A stretch of DNA of 39,347 nt from a virus, in IMG/VR virus record IMGVR_UViG_3300006097_000020, positions 1 through 39,347 of that record. One strand, given 5' to 3'. Below the pieces are notes generated by a model. The model had not been told where the DNA came from. It saw only the letters and a list, made by a program, of their open reading frames with translations, and ran no database searches. Position 1 is the first letter of the stretch. Each line of letters opens with the position of its first letter. The position numbers were made by a program, and so were the translations under genes. Shown piece after piece: positions 31,691 to 39,107 of this stretch.

Positions 31691-31732
31691 AATCTATATA
31701 TTTAATTTTAAACTAAACATATCTGAGAACCG

Positions 31733-32143
31733 TTAGCTACAAGTACTACTTTCCGTTTTCAATTCAAGTTCAGTTCCAGTGAGCGCAAAAAATAAATTCT
31801 GCAACTCGTGAACATATCGTATATCTCTCAAAGTGATGCTTTCCGTATCATTGTATGCCCATGAAACCAAATATCCATCGAACTTTTCAGGTTTGTATAA
31901 ATTAAATGAACACCAAAAACCATCAACTTTTATATGCCAACAATTATCTTTTTTATGAACAAATCCAAATTTTTGAAGCCATCCGTCAGTCAATGGTATT
32001 CCCTCCCAAGTGTCTAAAGCCAAATTGTGTTTCTTGTCAGTTGGCATCTGCTTAAACGAAATAGGCCAAACCTGAAAAGGTTCTTTGTTTGTTGGATACA
32101 CCGTGCGAACCCAATTCCCAATCCGTAAATTTTTTGCTTCCAT
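31733..32143 (-). CDS. Hypothetical protein (start trimmed to MEAKNLRIGNW)
   Basis: The ATG at 32143 avoids overlap with the unlisted 57-aa ORF upstream. Trp-rich globular sequence. Confidence 0.45.
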   Translation of the reverse strand: MEAKNLRIGNWVRTVYPTNKEPFQVWPISFKQMPTDKKHNLALDTWEGIPLTDGWLQKFGFVHKKDNCWHIKVDGFWCSFNLYKPEKFDGYLVSWAYNDTESITLRDIRYVHELQNLFFALTGTELELKTESSTCS

Positions 32144-32156
32144 TTTCGTTTTCAAT

Positions 32157-32330
32157 TTAAAGTTTGTACCTCGTTTCCTTACTATCTTTCCTGATAATTT
32201 CACGCTTAATTTCGTAAGCGTCAGGATACTTTTTGAGACACTCTTTTCTCGCCTGACTGATTGTTTTTGATTTTAAAAGTACAGTTCTGTCAGGACAGAT
32301 AGCATATAAATTCTTTACAATTTTAGTCAT
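32157..32330 (-). CDS. Hypothetical 57-aa protein (not in the supplied track)
   Basis: Hand translation gives MTKIVKNLYAICPDRTVLLKSKTISQARKECLKKYPDAYEIKREIIRKDSKETRYKL. Its ATG overlaps the upstream TGA (ATGA at 32327..32330). Confidence 0.45.
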   Translation of the reverse strand: MTKIVKNLYAICPDRTVLLKSKTISQARKECLKKYPDAYEIKREIIRKDSKETRYKL

Positions 32331-32527
32331 AATCCATAGTTTAAAATGTCAATAATTTCATGTTCCTCATCTGGCGTAATGTCTATTTCGTTAAATTCTA
32401 TGTCTGAAACAGATATTATCTCAATTTCAGAGAATTCTGGTGGATTGTAATACGTTGATGGGATATATTCACTTCGTTTATACTCAACGTATATCTTTTC
32501 GCCCTTGTAATTAATCCAGTCAATCAT
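32327..32527 (-). CDS. Small acidic hypothetical protein
   Basis: 66-aa ORF in operon register. Confidence 0.45.
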   Translation of the reverse strand: MIDWINYKGEKIYVEYKRSEYIPSTYYNPPEFSEIEIISVSDIEFNEIDITPDEEHEIIDILNYGL

Positions 32528-32539
32528 ATCTATTGTTTT

Positions 32540-32830
32540 TCATAATGCACTTAACGGTACACGTAATATTTGCTTTTTATTTATAGCCACTAAAGCGCAT
32601 TTGCATTGTGGTTTATTAATCCAATAGCTGTTTTCTACAAGTTCACCATCGAAAGTTGTATCATTTTCAGACATGAAATGTGTAGCTATAAGCATTCTAT
32701 AACCGACAAAAATTCCTTTAGTTTCTTTTATCGGTTCTTCAATCCAGCGCTTACAGTATTTCGAATAGGAAATGTCTTCCTCAACTCTTATGTACCTTGT
32801 TCTAATAACAACATTATCGCCTAAATTCAT
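32540..32830 (-). CDS. Hypothetical protein
   Basis: 96-aa ORF downstream of the helicase gene. Confidence 0.45.
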   Translation of the reverse strand: MNLGDNVVIRTRYIRVEEDISYSKYCKRWIEEPIKETKGIFVGYRMLIATHFMSENDTTFDGELVENSYWINKPQCKCALVAINKKQILRVPLSAL

Positions 32831-32899
32831 ATCTCTTATTTTTTGTTTAAAGTTAATCTGTTAATTCTTTAATTACAACACAAAAAAAGTTAATGTTAA

Positions 32900-34222
32900 T
32901 TAATATGGAGCGTCTTCGTCATATTGATGAATAATATCATAAAATTTTGTGATAGTGTCGTTAACGTGTACTCTGGCCATGCCCGTCTGCCCGTTCCTGT
33001 TTTTAGCAATCAAAATTTCAGCTATATTCTTAAACTCGTCGTCATCCGGGAAATAGTACGCAGGGCGATGTGGAAAAATGATAATATCTGCATCCTGTTC
33101 ACTCGCTCCTGATTCTCGTAAATCTGACATTCGTGGTCTATAGGCGCTTTCTTTTCTATTCTCAGGGCCCCGGTTCAGCTGAGTAACTAAAAAAATCGGT
33201 ACCTGGAATTCTTTTGCAATTAATTTACAGCTTCTGGTTATTTGAGCAACTTGCTGTTCGCGAGGAATTGACTTATCTGTCTGCATCAGCTGCATGTAGT
33301 CAATAACGACAGCTTTTATATCGTGATTCTTTTTGAAGATTTTTATTTTTGCTTTTAAATGAGATATAGATACATTCGGTGTATCATCTATGAATAATTG
33401 CCAATTTTTCATATAAGAAATGGCTTCTTCGATTAATTTCCATTGATCGATTGTCGGGTTGTCAAGATCATATCGCGAAAGTCCTGTTTCACGCTGAATG
33501 TTCCTGTTCACGAGTTGACGACGATGCATTTCAAGCGAAAAAAAGAGAACGGCACCTTCCGTGGATGCGATATGTGCTGTTTCATTCAGCACAAAAGCCG
33601 TCTTGCCCATACCGGGTCTTGCAGCGACAATAATCAAATCACCATTTTCCCAGAGTGGTATAAAAGTTCTAACCGCTCTTAGATGAGGTTTTATGCCGTA
33701 CTTGTTAATATCTGAATTTTGTCTTTCCTGAATAACTTCGACAGCTTCTTTTAAATTTTCATCGTAATTCTTGATGTTTGATTTGTTGTCAATTTCTGAC
33801 AGAACGTTGTCTATTAATACAGACGTCTTATCAATAAGAATATCTAAATCAGTAGTGCTGTCAAGACCAATTTTTTTAAGACGCTCAATCTCAAGGAGTA
33901 ATTTACGTCTGATTGATAAGTCTTTCAAAATTCGAGCGTGATATTCAATATGCGCCGCTGAGGCTACATTTTCAGTCAATTTTGAAAGATCAAATGCTGA
34001 AACTTTCACACCGCTTTCATTCAGCTTTGTGTGAATAGTGATTATATCAATAGCTTTGTTTAATACAAATAAATCCTGAATTGCTTCATAAATTTTTGCA
34101 TGTGTCTCTTTGTAAAAATCACTCGATTCAATAATTTCTGAAACGATTAGATAAGCATCTTTTTCAAGGATTAATGCTCCTAAGACTGCTTCCTCCGTTT
34201 TTATATCATAGAATAAATTCAT
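32900..34222 (-). CDS. dnaB: Replicative DNA helicase (DnaB family)
   Basis: 440 aa. N-terminal domain EEAVLGALIL. Walker A AARPGMGKTAF, FFSLEM, IDYMQLM and RESGASEQDADII are typical of DnaB. Confidence 0.85.
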   Translation of the reverse strand: MNLFYDIKTEEAVLGALILEKDAYLIVSEIIESSDFYKETHAKIYEAIQDLFVLNKAIDIITIHTKLNESGVKVSAFDLSKLTENVASAAHIEYHARILKDLSIRRKLLLEIERLKKIGLDSTTDLDILIDKTSVLIDNVLSEIDNKSNIKNYDENLKEAVEVIQERQNSDINKYGIKPHLRAVRTFIPLWENGDLIIVAARPGMGKTAFVLNETAHIASTEGAVLFFSLEMHRRQLVNRNIQRETGLSRYDLDNPTIDQWKLIEEAISYMKNWQLFIDDTPNVSISHLKAKIKIFKKNHDIKAVVIDYMQLMQTDKSIPREQQVAQITRSCKLIAKEFQVPIFLVTQLNRGPENRKESAYRPRMSDLRESGASEQDADIIIFPHRPAYYFPDDDEFKNIAEILIAKNRNGQTGMARVHVNDTITKFYDIIHQYDEDAPY

Positions 34223-34336
34223 ATAATATCTATTTTTGACGCATTAGACGTTATTTTTTTGTGTTTTTTTCTTTTTATGATATGTAATTAGGACAATGAA
34301 AAATAAATTGATTAAACAGCCTTATTTTGTATTTTT

Positions 34337-35008
34337 TCAAATAACTCTGTATTGATTTGATCTAAATGCTTTTTTTACTTTTTCTATATCATCGTTTTTG
34401 TCGTTCTTTTCCCAGGTTCTGACAGCAGCTTTCCAGTCCTTCATCTTATTCTTTCCAATCATCCAGTTTTTTGCTGTGTAAAAGTCGAACCAACGCTCAG
34501 CATCCACATCGTTGTTTCTTTCCTTACAATATTTTTTGACATCATCTAAGGAAGGTGGTGTAAATCTTGGCGTTTTAGCCACACTATTATTCTTTTCATT
34601 CTTTTCATTCTTTTCATTCTTGTTTGTTGTTAGTTGCTTGTTAGTTGCTTGTTGGTTGCTTGTTAGTTGCTTGTTAGGTTGCTTGTTGTCTTCGCCAATT
34701 GCACGATTGTAATTATCATAGTTATAGATAGTTATTAACGAAAATCGATTGTTAGTTTGCCTGTTGATTTCTCCTGTTTTTTCTAATTTTTTTAAACAAG
34801 ACCTTAATGTCTGAATTGAAATATTTGTTTCTTCATGAAGTTGCTTCAATCCAGTTATCAATTGCCCTCTTTTAACTTCAATTCCACGCCAGTTAATTGT
34901 TTCGTGATTAGCCTTAAGCAGTAGGTGAACGAATAAGTGTACCATTTCACTTATATCGTACCATTCCCAATCAATGAATTTCCTGTGTAATTTGATCCAT
35001 CCTTCCAT
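34337..35008 (-). CDS. Replication initiator / replisome organiser (winged-HTH N-domain), start trimmed to MEGWIKLHRK
   Basis: MEGWIKLHRKFIDWEWY... followed by a wHTH-like segment (QTLRSCLKKLEKTGEI), a low-complexity linker that holds the iterons, and a C-terminal domain DDVKKYCKERNN...WFDFYTAKNW. The 20 upstream codons of the track ORF are a translated terminator hairpin. Confidence 0.6.
   Translation of the reverse strand: MEGWIKLHRKFIDWEWYDISEMVHLFVHLLLKANHETINWRGIEVKRGQLITGLKQLHEETNISIQTLRSCLKKLEKTGEINRQTNNRFSLITIYNYDNYNRAIGEDNKQPNKQLTSNQQATNKQLTTNKNEKNEKNEKNNSVAKTPRFTPPSLDDVKKYCKERNNDVDAERWFDFYTAKNWMIGKNKMKDWKAAVRTWEKNDKNDDIEKVKKAFRSNQYRVI
34591..34617. repeat. 3 x 9-nt direct repeat (tcttttcat)
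   Basis: Copies at 34591..34599, 34600..34608 and 34609..34617. They encode NEKNEKNEK in the initiator linker. Confidence 0.8.
34631..34686. repeat. Five tandem 11-nt iteron-like repeats (tagttgcttgt)
   Basis: Units at 34631, 34642, 34653 (tggttgcttgt), 34664 and 34675 (12 nt, taggttgcttgt). The period is not a multiple of 3, so the repeat is read in all three frames of the initiator ORF. Confidence 0.8.
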
Positions 35009-35011
35009 AGC

Positions 35012-35093
35012 AAAAAAAAATACCCCCAAAAAGCGAAACAACACGGTCACATGGGCATCCACTCCCAACCGTGTTGTTGTTCGCCTAAGGGGG
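35012..35093 (-). terminator. Long imperfect hairpin followed by a T9 run (terminator-like), just upstream of the initiator ATG
   Basis: Plus-strand ccccc (35023..35027) and gcgaaacaacacgg (35033..35046) pair with ccgtgttgttgttcgc (35069..35084) and ggggg (35089..35093). The A9 run at 35012..35020 becomes a U-tract after the stem on the minus strand. Confidence 0.55.
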
Positions 35094-35157
35094 CTATTGA
35101 ATTATTATTTAATCCTGATTTTTTCATTGTGGATGTATTTGTAGAGGCAAATATAAC

Positions 35158-35361
35158 TTATTTTTCTTGAATATCACAAATGAAATACCGAAACTTATCT
35201 TTCGCCGTGCCCAAATGGCTGCCAACTGGGACTTGTTTACCGATGATACTACCATCTCTTGTGCGCCAAATCCCAGTATAAGGCCAATCCCCGGTTGCGT
35301 GATAAGCAACATCCTTATCTTTTACAAAATCCCATAATTCTTCGTTCGTTACTTCCCTCAT
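35158..35361 (-). CDS. Hypothetical protein
   Basis: 67-aa ORF overlapping the NinG-like stop by 4 nt. Preferred over frame 35124..35312. Confidence 0.45.
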   Translation of the reverse strand: MREVTNEELWDFVKDKDVAYHATGDWPYTGIWRTRDGSIIGKQVPVGSHLGTAKDKFRYFICDIQEK

Positions 35362-35759
35362 TTCTTAAGATTTTTTTCTTTCAATAATTTTGCAACTTCT
35401 TGCTTGTAGTAATTTATCATAATACGTGCTTCTGCATCTGAAATATGATTTGATCTATGCTTAGCAATTTCAAGCTCTTTGATAATTTCATCACCGTATT
35501 TCTCAATCAATCCTCTCTGGTAGCCAATGTTATTGCCTTCGTCGAACCGATTACAGTGCCGGCACTGGGCGTTACAATTCTTTTCTGAATAACGTAAACT
35601 CATGTGGCTTCTATTCACGAAATGCCCGTTATCGCCATCTTTCCAAAACACGTGTTTCCCACAACTTATACAGCGAAAAATGCCGTTGTCGTCTGAATCT
35701 CTCAACCGGATATACTTTGAAAATACGTCATCGAGTTTCTTTTTGAGAGTTTTGTTCAT
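35358..35759 (-). CDS. NinG/Rap-like recombination endonuclease
   Basis: 133 aa. FSKYIRLRD...CISCGK...GHFVNRSH...NCNAQCRHCNRF...GN..GY matches the lambda NinG family pattern. Confidence 0.65.
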   Translation of the reverse strand: MNKTLKKKLDDVFSKYIRLRDSDDNGIFRCISCGKHVFWKDGDNGHFVNRSHMSLRYSEKNCNAQCRHCNRFDEGNNIGYQRGLIEKYGDEIIKELEIAKHRSNHISDAEARIMINYYKQEVAKLLKEKNLKK

Positions 35760-36000
35760 TGTTTAAAGTTTTAATGAAGAAATTAAACGAAATTACCTGA
35801 TATCCGTCTCTTTTTGCGTCAAAAACACAAGAATATCCAAAGCGTGGTTCAAAAGACAATACGGTTGATTCGCCGTAATTATTCCATAACTGAACATTGC
35901 TCATCGGACGATCTCCGTTATTCCATTTGAACCCTAATTCCTCAAAAATCTGCAACAGTGTCGCAAATTGTTCTTTTGTCTTAGTGTGAATGACTTTCAT
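35728..36000 (-). CDS. Hypothetical protein
   Basis: 90-aa ORF. No motif recognised. Confidence 0.45.
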   Translation of the reverse strand: MKVIHTKTKEQFATLLQIFEELGFKWNNGDRPMSNVQLWNNYGESTVLSFEPRFGYSCVFDAKRDGYQVISFNFFIKTLNNEQNSQKETR

Positions 36001-36060
36001 TTTAAAAGTTTATTAGTTCTTTGTCAAATTCCTCAATCGACAACCAATGAAGAGAGACAA

Positions 36061-36363
36061 TTAAAGGCACGTCTTTACTTTTTTAATGAAACTTTCGGGC
36101 AAATCAAGAACATATGCACATTCTTCAACAGATAGCCTTTCAATTGCTTTCTTGTGAAATGCAACTCTATCTGTGATTGAAGCTAATATTTGTTTTACAA
36201 ATTTTTTCTGGCGAAACTTCCACACATCCATAGATTGCATATCTGGACGGGAAACAGAATCGTGATGCCAATACCAATCCCGATTAGCGTCCAGGTTGTT
36301 GAGAATGACCTGGACATCTTTTATAGTTAAAATCTCCGCTAATTGTCTGTCTTTCGTTATCAT
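36061..36363 (-). CDS. Hypothetical protein
   Basis: 100-aa ORF, the first gene after the 227-nt non-coding region. Confidence 0.45.
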   Translation of the reverse strand: MITKDRQLAEILTIKDVQVILNNLDANRDWYWHHDSVSRPDMQSMDVWKFRQKKFVKQILASITDRVAFHKKAIERLSVEECAYVLDLPESFIKKVKTCL

Positions 36364-36590
36364 ATCCTAAATATACAACATTTGTTGTAAGTATGTAAGT
36401 TTTTTAACATTTATTTGCAATATTCGTTGTTATTTATTTTTATTCTAAATAAGAACGCAAAGGAAAAACGGGCGGTAACACGATATATAAAAAATAGGCG
36501 TTTAAGTGCTTAATTTAAGCAGTTTAGCACTTTCAAAGTTTACAACGTGGGATAAGTCCGTAGGCGGTGTTTTTGAGGTATAATTCCATT
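36364..36590 (-). promoter_or_regulatory. 227-nt AT-rich non-coding region with several palindromes (candidate promoter/operator region)
   Basis: tacaacatttgttgta at 36374..36389 (6-bp arms tacaac/gttgta). aagtgct...agcactt at 36503..36532 encloses gcttaatttaagc at 36507..36519. No ORF on either strand. Confidence 0.4.
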
Positions 36591-37202
36591 TTAGATTAAG
36601 TCATTTTTTACTAATTGAAACAACTTAGCTCTGTCAATAATTTCATTGATTACTGATTCATCTCTGTGTATTCTAAATTTGATCACATCTTCGGAAAGAA
36701 TATCTCTGTGATAATTATCTTCGTCTTCGTAGGAATATACAGATATAAATGTCAGTGTAGCTGATTCAATATTGCTACACAGTAACTGAAATTGTACTTG
36801 ATTGTAGTAATTTTTGAATTTTTGTTTAATGATTTTCTGTTTTTCTTCGTCAGAAAATTCAATTAAAGGCATTATTTTTTCTGCAAAATCCGGGAAAAAC
36901 ATCGTTTTCGTTTCTTCGAAATCGACAACTTTACCGGCATCGAATTTAGCAAAATCGAGTGTTGCGACTAATACGTCTAATTTCTCGTGTTGTACTTTAA
37001 CTTGAGGATAGAAATCGTAGGGAAGTATCTGTATGTATCTATCTTCAAGAATGCTACCTGTTCTAAGTGCGTCAATTGGAGATGACAGAGCGTTATAGAA
37101 AGGCTTTTCGCCAATAAATTTTCGCCATAAATTCTGATAAGATTTAGATTTCTTATCAGATAACAAAGAATTAACATCCCCGGAGCCTATTGTCAAATTC
37201 AT
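36591..37202 (-). CDS. YqaJ-like (lambda Exo-type, PD-(D/E)xK) recombination exonuclease
   Basis: 203 aa. The N-terminus TIGSGDVNSLLSD...YQNLWRKFIGEKP...ALRTGSILEDRY resembles the YqaJ domain. LDFAKFD...VVDFEETKT provides D...ExK. Adjacent to the ERF-like gene. Confidence 0.5.
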   Translation of the reverse strand: MNLTIGSGDVNSLLSDKKSKSYQNLWRKFIGEKPFYNALSSPIDALRTGSILEDRYIQILPYDFYPQVKVQHEKLDVLVATLDFAKFDAGKVVDFEETKTMFFPDFAEKIMPLIEFSDEEKQKIIKQKFKNYYNQVQFQLLCSNIESATLTFISVYSYEDEDNYHRDILSEDVIKFRIHRDESVINEIIDRAKLFQLVKNDLI

Positions 37203-37810
37203 ATCAGCCCTTTCTTTTTGTATGATTTAAAAATCTTGTCATACATATCATCAGACAATTCGTCTAAATGACCTACGTTGAAGTGTTTCATTATTCCTTG
37301 AGCAGCATCAACGCGTGTCGTCAGATAGTTAAGAACAGCTACTTTTTTCTCAGAAGGTGAAAGTTGACCTTCTTGTTCTTTTGATTTTTCAGCGTCTGGG
37401 TCATCGCCGGTTGCGATTTTGTAAGCATTCAGAAGGGCATACTTACGCGCGTATGTTGATGCTTTACCAAATCCTTTATCGCCGGAATCAAGTCCATGAC
37501 CGAACGTCTCAACCTCAATAAAATCTTGAGGGTTTTCAACGTCATAAATTCTTACAGTCATTTTTAGCAGGAAAGAATAATTGATTTTTTCTCCCTTATC
37601 TGTGACAGTCTTAACAATTTCGTGATGTACTAATTCTTGGCGTGTAGGTATTGATACAACACCATATTTCTGCTCAGCTTCTTTCACTTTTTTGGTAACA
37701 TTAAAGTCAGAAACCGCCTTATATCCATACTTGCTGTTGCCAACAGTCATATCCTTGTCGATAGACATAACCTCATTGGCTACTGATTGAATTTTCTTTA
37801 ATAATTCCAT
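37199..37810 (-). CDS. ERF-family single-strand annealing protein
   Basis: 203 aa. GHGLDSGDKGFGKASTYARKYALLNAYKIATGDDPD is the conserved ERF core motif. Confidence 0.7.
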   Translation of the reverse strand: MELLKKIQSVANEVMSIDKDMTVGNSKYGYKAVSDFNVTKKVKEAEQKYGVVSIPTRQELVHHEIVKTVTDKGEKINYSFLLKMTVRIYDVENPQDFIEVETFGHGLDSGDKGFGKASTYARKYALLNAYKIATGDDPDAEKSKEQEGQLSPSEKKVAVLNYLTTRVDAAQGIMKHFNVGHLDELSDDMYDKIFKSYKKKGLI

Positions 37811-37813
37811 TTT

Positions 37814-37996
37814 TTACAATTTTAAAAGATAAGTATTTGCTCTGATAATTTCAACTTTCATCCCAGTCGCTTTCTTAATAAAAATAAGAAAGTCCTTTTC
37901 CGGGTATTGGAAAATCCTTCTGACTAACATCTCTTTCTCTCTTTTTGGAAAGTCAGAATATACTTTCCTTATTATATCAGCTTTTTTTAAAATCAT
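37814..37996 (-). CDS. Small hypothetical protein
   Basis: 60-aa ORF in register with its neighbours. Confidence 0.35.
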   Translation of the reverse strand: MILKKADIIRKVYSDFPKREKEMLVRRIFQYPEKDFLIFIKKATGMKVEIIRANTYLLKL

Positions 37997-38175
37997 TCCT
38001 GTTTAGACAATAAAAAGTTGTGAATATTTACTATATGTTCACAGAACTCTTTCGTCTCGCATGAGGCAACGTACTCACCTGCTTCATCCAAGACAGCCCA
38101 CATGTTTGATGTCGGGTCTTTCACTGAATGATATGGCGGTACGGCGTACCATTTTCTTTTAATTTCTTCTTTCAT
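37993..38175 (-). CDS. Small hypothetical protein
   Basis: 60-aa ORF overlapping the downstream start by 4 nt. Confidence 0.4.
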   Translation of the reverse strand: MKEEIKRKWYAVPPYHSVKDPTSNMWAVLDEAGEYVASCETKEFCEHIVNIHNFLLSKQE

Positions 38176-38207
38176 GGTAAAATAATCTAAATCTTTATAG
38201 TTTTCAT

Positions 38208-38249
38208 TAAAAATAAAAAAAGCACCTGCCGCATAAATGCAGCAGATGC
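38208..38249 (-). terminator. Rho-independent terminator
   Basis: The minus strand reads GCATCTGCTGC-atttat-GCGGCAGGTGC, an 11-bp stem with two G:U pairs (plus 38222..38232 and 38239..38249), followed by TTTTTTTATTTTT (plus A-run 38209..38221). Directly after the stop at 38256. Confidence 0.7.
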
Positions 38250-38255
38250 CTCTTT

Positions 38256-38579
38256 TTATGCTGTCCGGGTAAGTTTCCCGAACGCATAACCTATTTGCTC
38301 AATTTCTTGAGCAGACAAAATTTTACCTTCCTCTGGGCGCCCGTTGAGCTTGAACACAAGCGCAACATCGCCTACGCCTTGGGAGTATTGTACCCTATTC
38401 ATAGGGACTTCGACTCCCAATAAAGTTTCCAATACGTCGCAAGTCGATTGATGACCTACGGCGCTATTAAATCCTTCTTGAACAAGTTCACGGGCTTGTT
38501 CAAGTGTTAACGGCTCGTAATTGTATGAACCGTAATGGGTTAGGATTGATGTGTTAAGGAGTGTTATTTTCATTTTCAA
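38256..38579 (-). CDS. DUF1874 (STIV B116-like) family protein
   Basis: 107 aa. LLNTSILTHYGSYNYEPL...SAVGHQSTCDVLETLLGVEVPMNR...LVFKLNGRPEEGKILS matches my recollection of the DUF1874 pattern. Confidence 0.45.
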   Translation of the reverse strand: MKMKITLLNTSILTHYGSYNYEPLTLEQARELVQEGFNSAVGHQSTCDVLETLLGVEVPMNRVQYSQGVGDVALVFKLNGRPEEGKILSAQEIEQIGYAFGKLTRTA

Positions 38580-38618
38580 TGAATTTTGTGCTCCCTGACA
38601 GCCGGGAGCGGGCTTTAA

Positions 38619-39038
38619 TTAAGACAACTCATCCAGATACGCCTGTTGTTTAGACGTAACCTGATCTTTGTCAAATTCCATGATAATTATCTCTGTCCAA
38701 CAGCCACCGCCGTTGGACGTCCGGACGGCGTTTGCATATAAAGCATTCGCCGGCCTCCTACTCGCCCAGTCATTCCAGGAACGATCGCCGCTCCCGGATC
38801 GCATCCAGAAAGTGTGCGTATCACCTTCTGTGATACGACAAGCCTGCCTGCCCTTTTTCGTCGTAAAGGGCACGGCCTTACAGTTGACAGGGTTATGGAA
38901 ATATTCTTTTTTCTCGTTATCGAATAAATCCCCGTATTTGCTGATATATTTTTCAGCAAACGAGTTATCTATGACTATAAGACTGTCTCTCATATCAACT
39001 ATCTTGCTCCCGTCTGGGAGCTCAATTAAATTTTTCAT
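38619..39038 (-). CDS. Hypothetical protein with a GC-rich core
   Basis: 139-aa ORF. The segment 38701..38880 is about 58% GC by hand count, against roughly 35-40% elsewhere, which also explains the long overlapping shadow ORFs. Confidence 0.5.
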   Translation of the reverse strand: MKNLIELPDGSKIVDMRDSLIVIDNSFAEKYISKYGDLFDNEKKEYFHNPVNCKAVPFTTKKGRQACRITEGDTHTFWMRSGSGDRSWNDWASRRPANALYANAVRTSNGGGCWTEIIIMEFDKDQVTSKQQAYLDELS

Positions 39039-39107
39039 AATTGTATTTTTTGAGGATGAAAAATTGTTGCAGTGTGGTAACCGGATGCTGCGCCCCGGGG
39101 AAAGATT

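Noticed and set aside
24280-31700. Interpreting the repeated imperfect inverted repeats at gene boundaries as integron attC sites (a gene-cassette array).
   Set aside because: No IntI-type or any other tyrosine or serine recombinase is present. The arm cores (GTTGTGC/GTTATGC) do not fit GTTRRRY strictly. Only some stops lie in RYYYAAC-like sequences. I kept this as an analogy only.
38592-38612. The hairpin gctccc-tgacagc-cgggagc between 38619..39038 and 38256..38579, considered as a terminator.
   Set aside because: The stem is only about 6 bp and no convincing U-tract follows it on the minus strand. It may be a minor RNA structure but is not supportable as a terminator.
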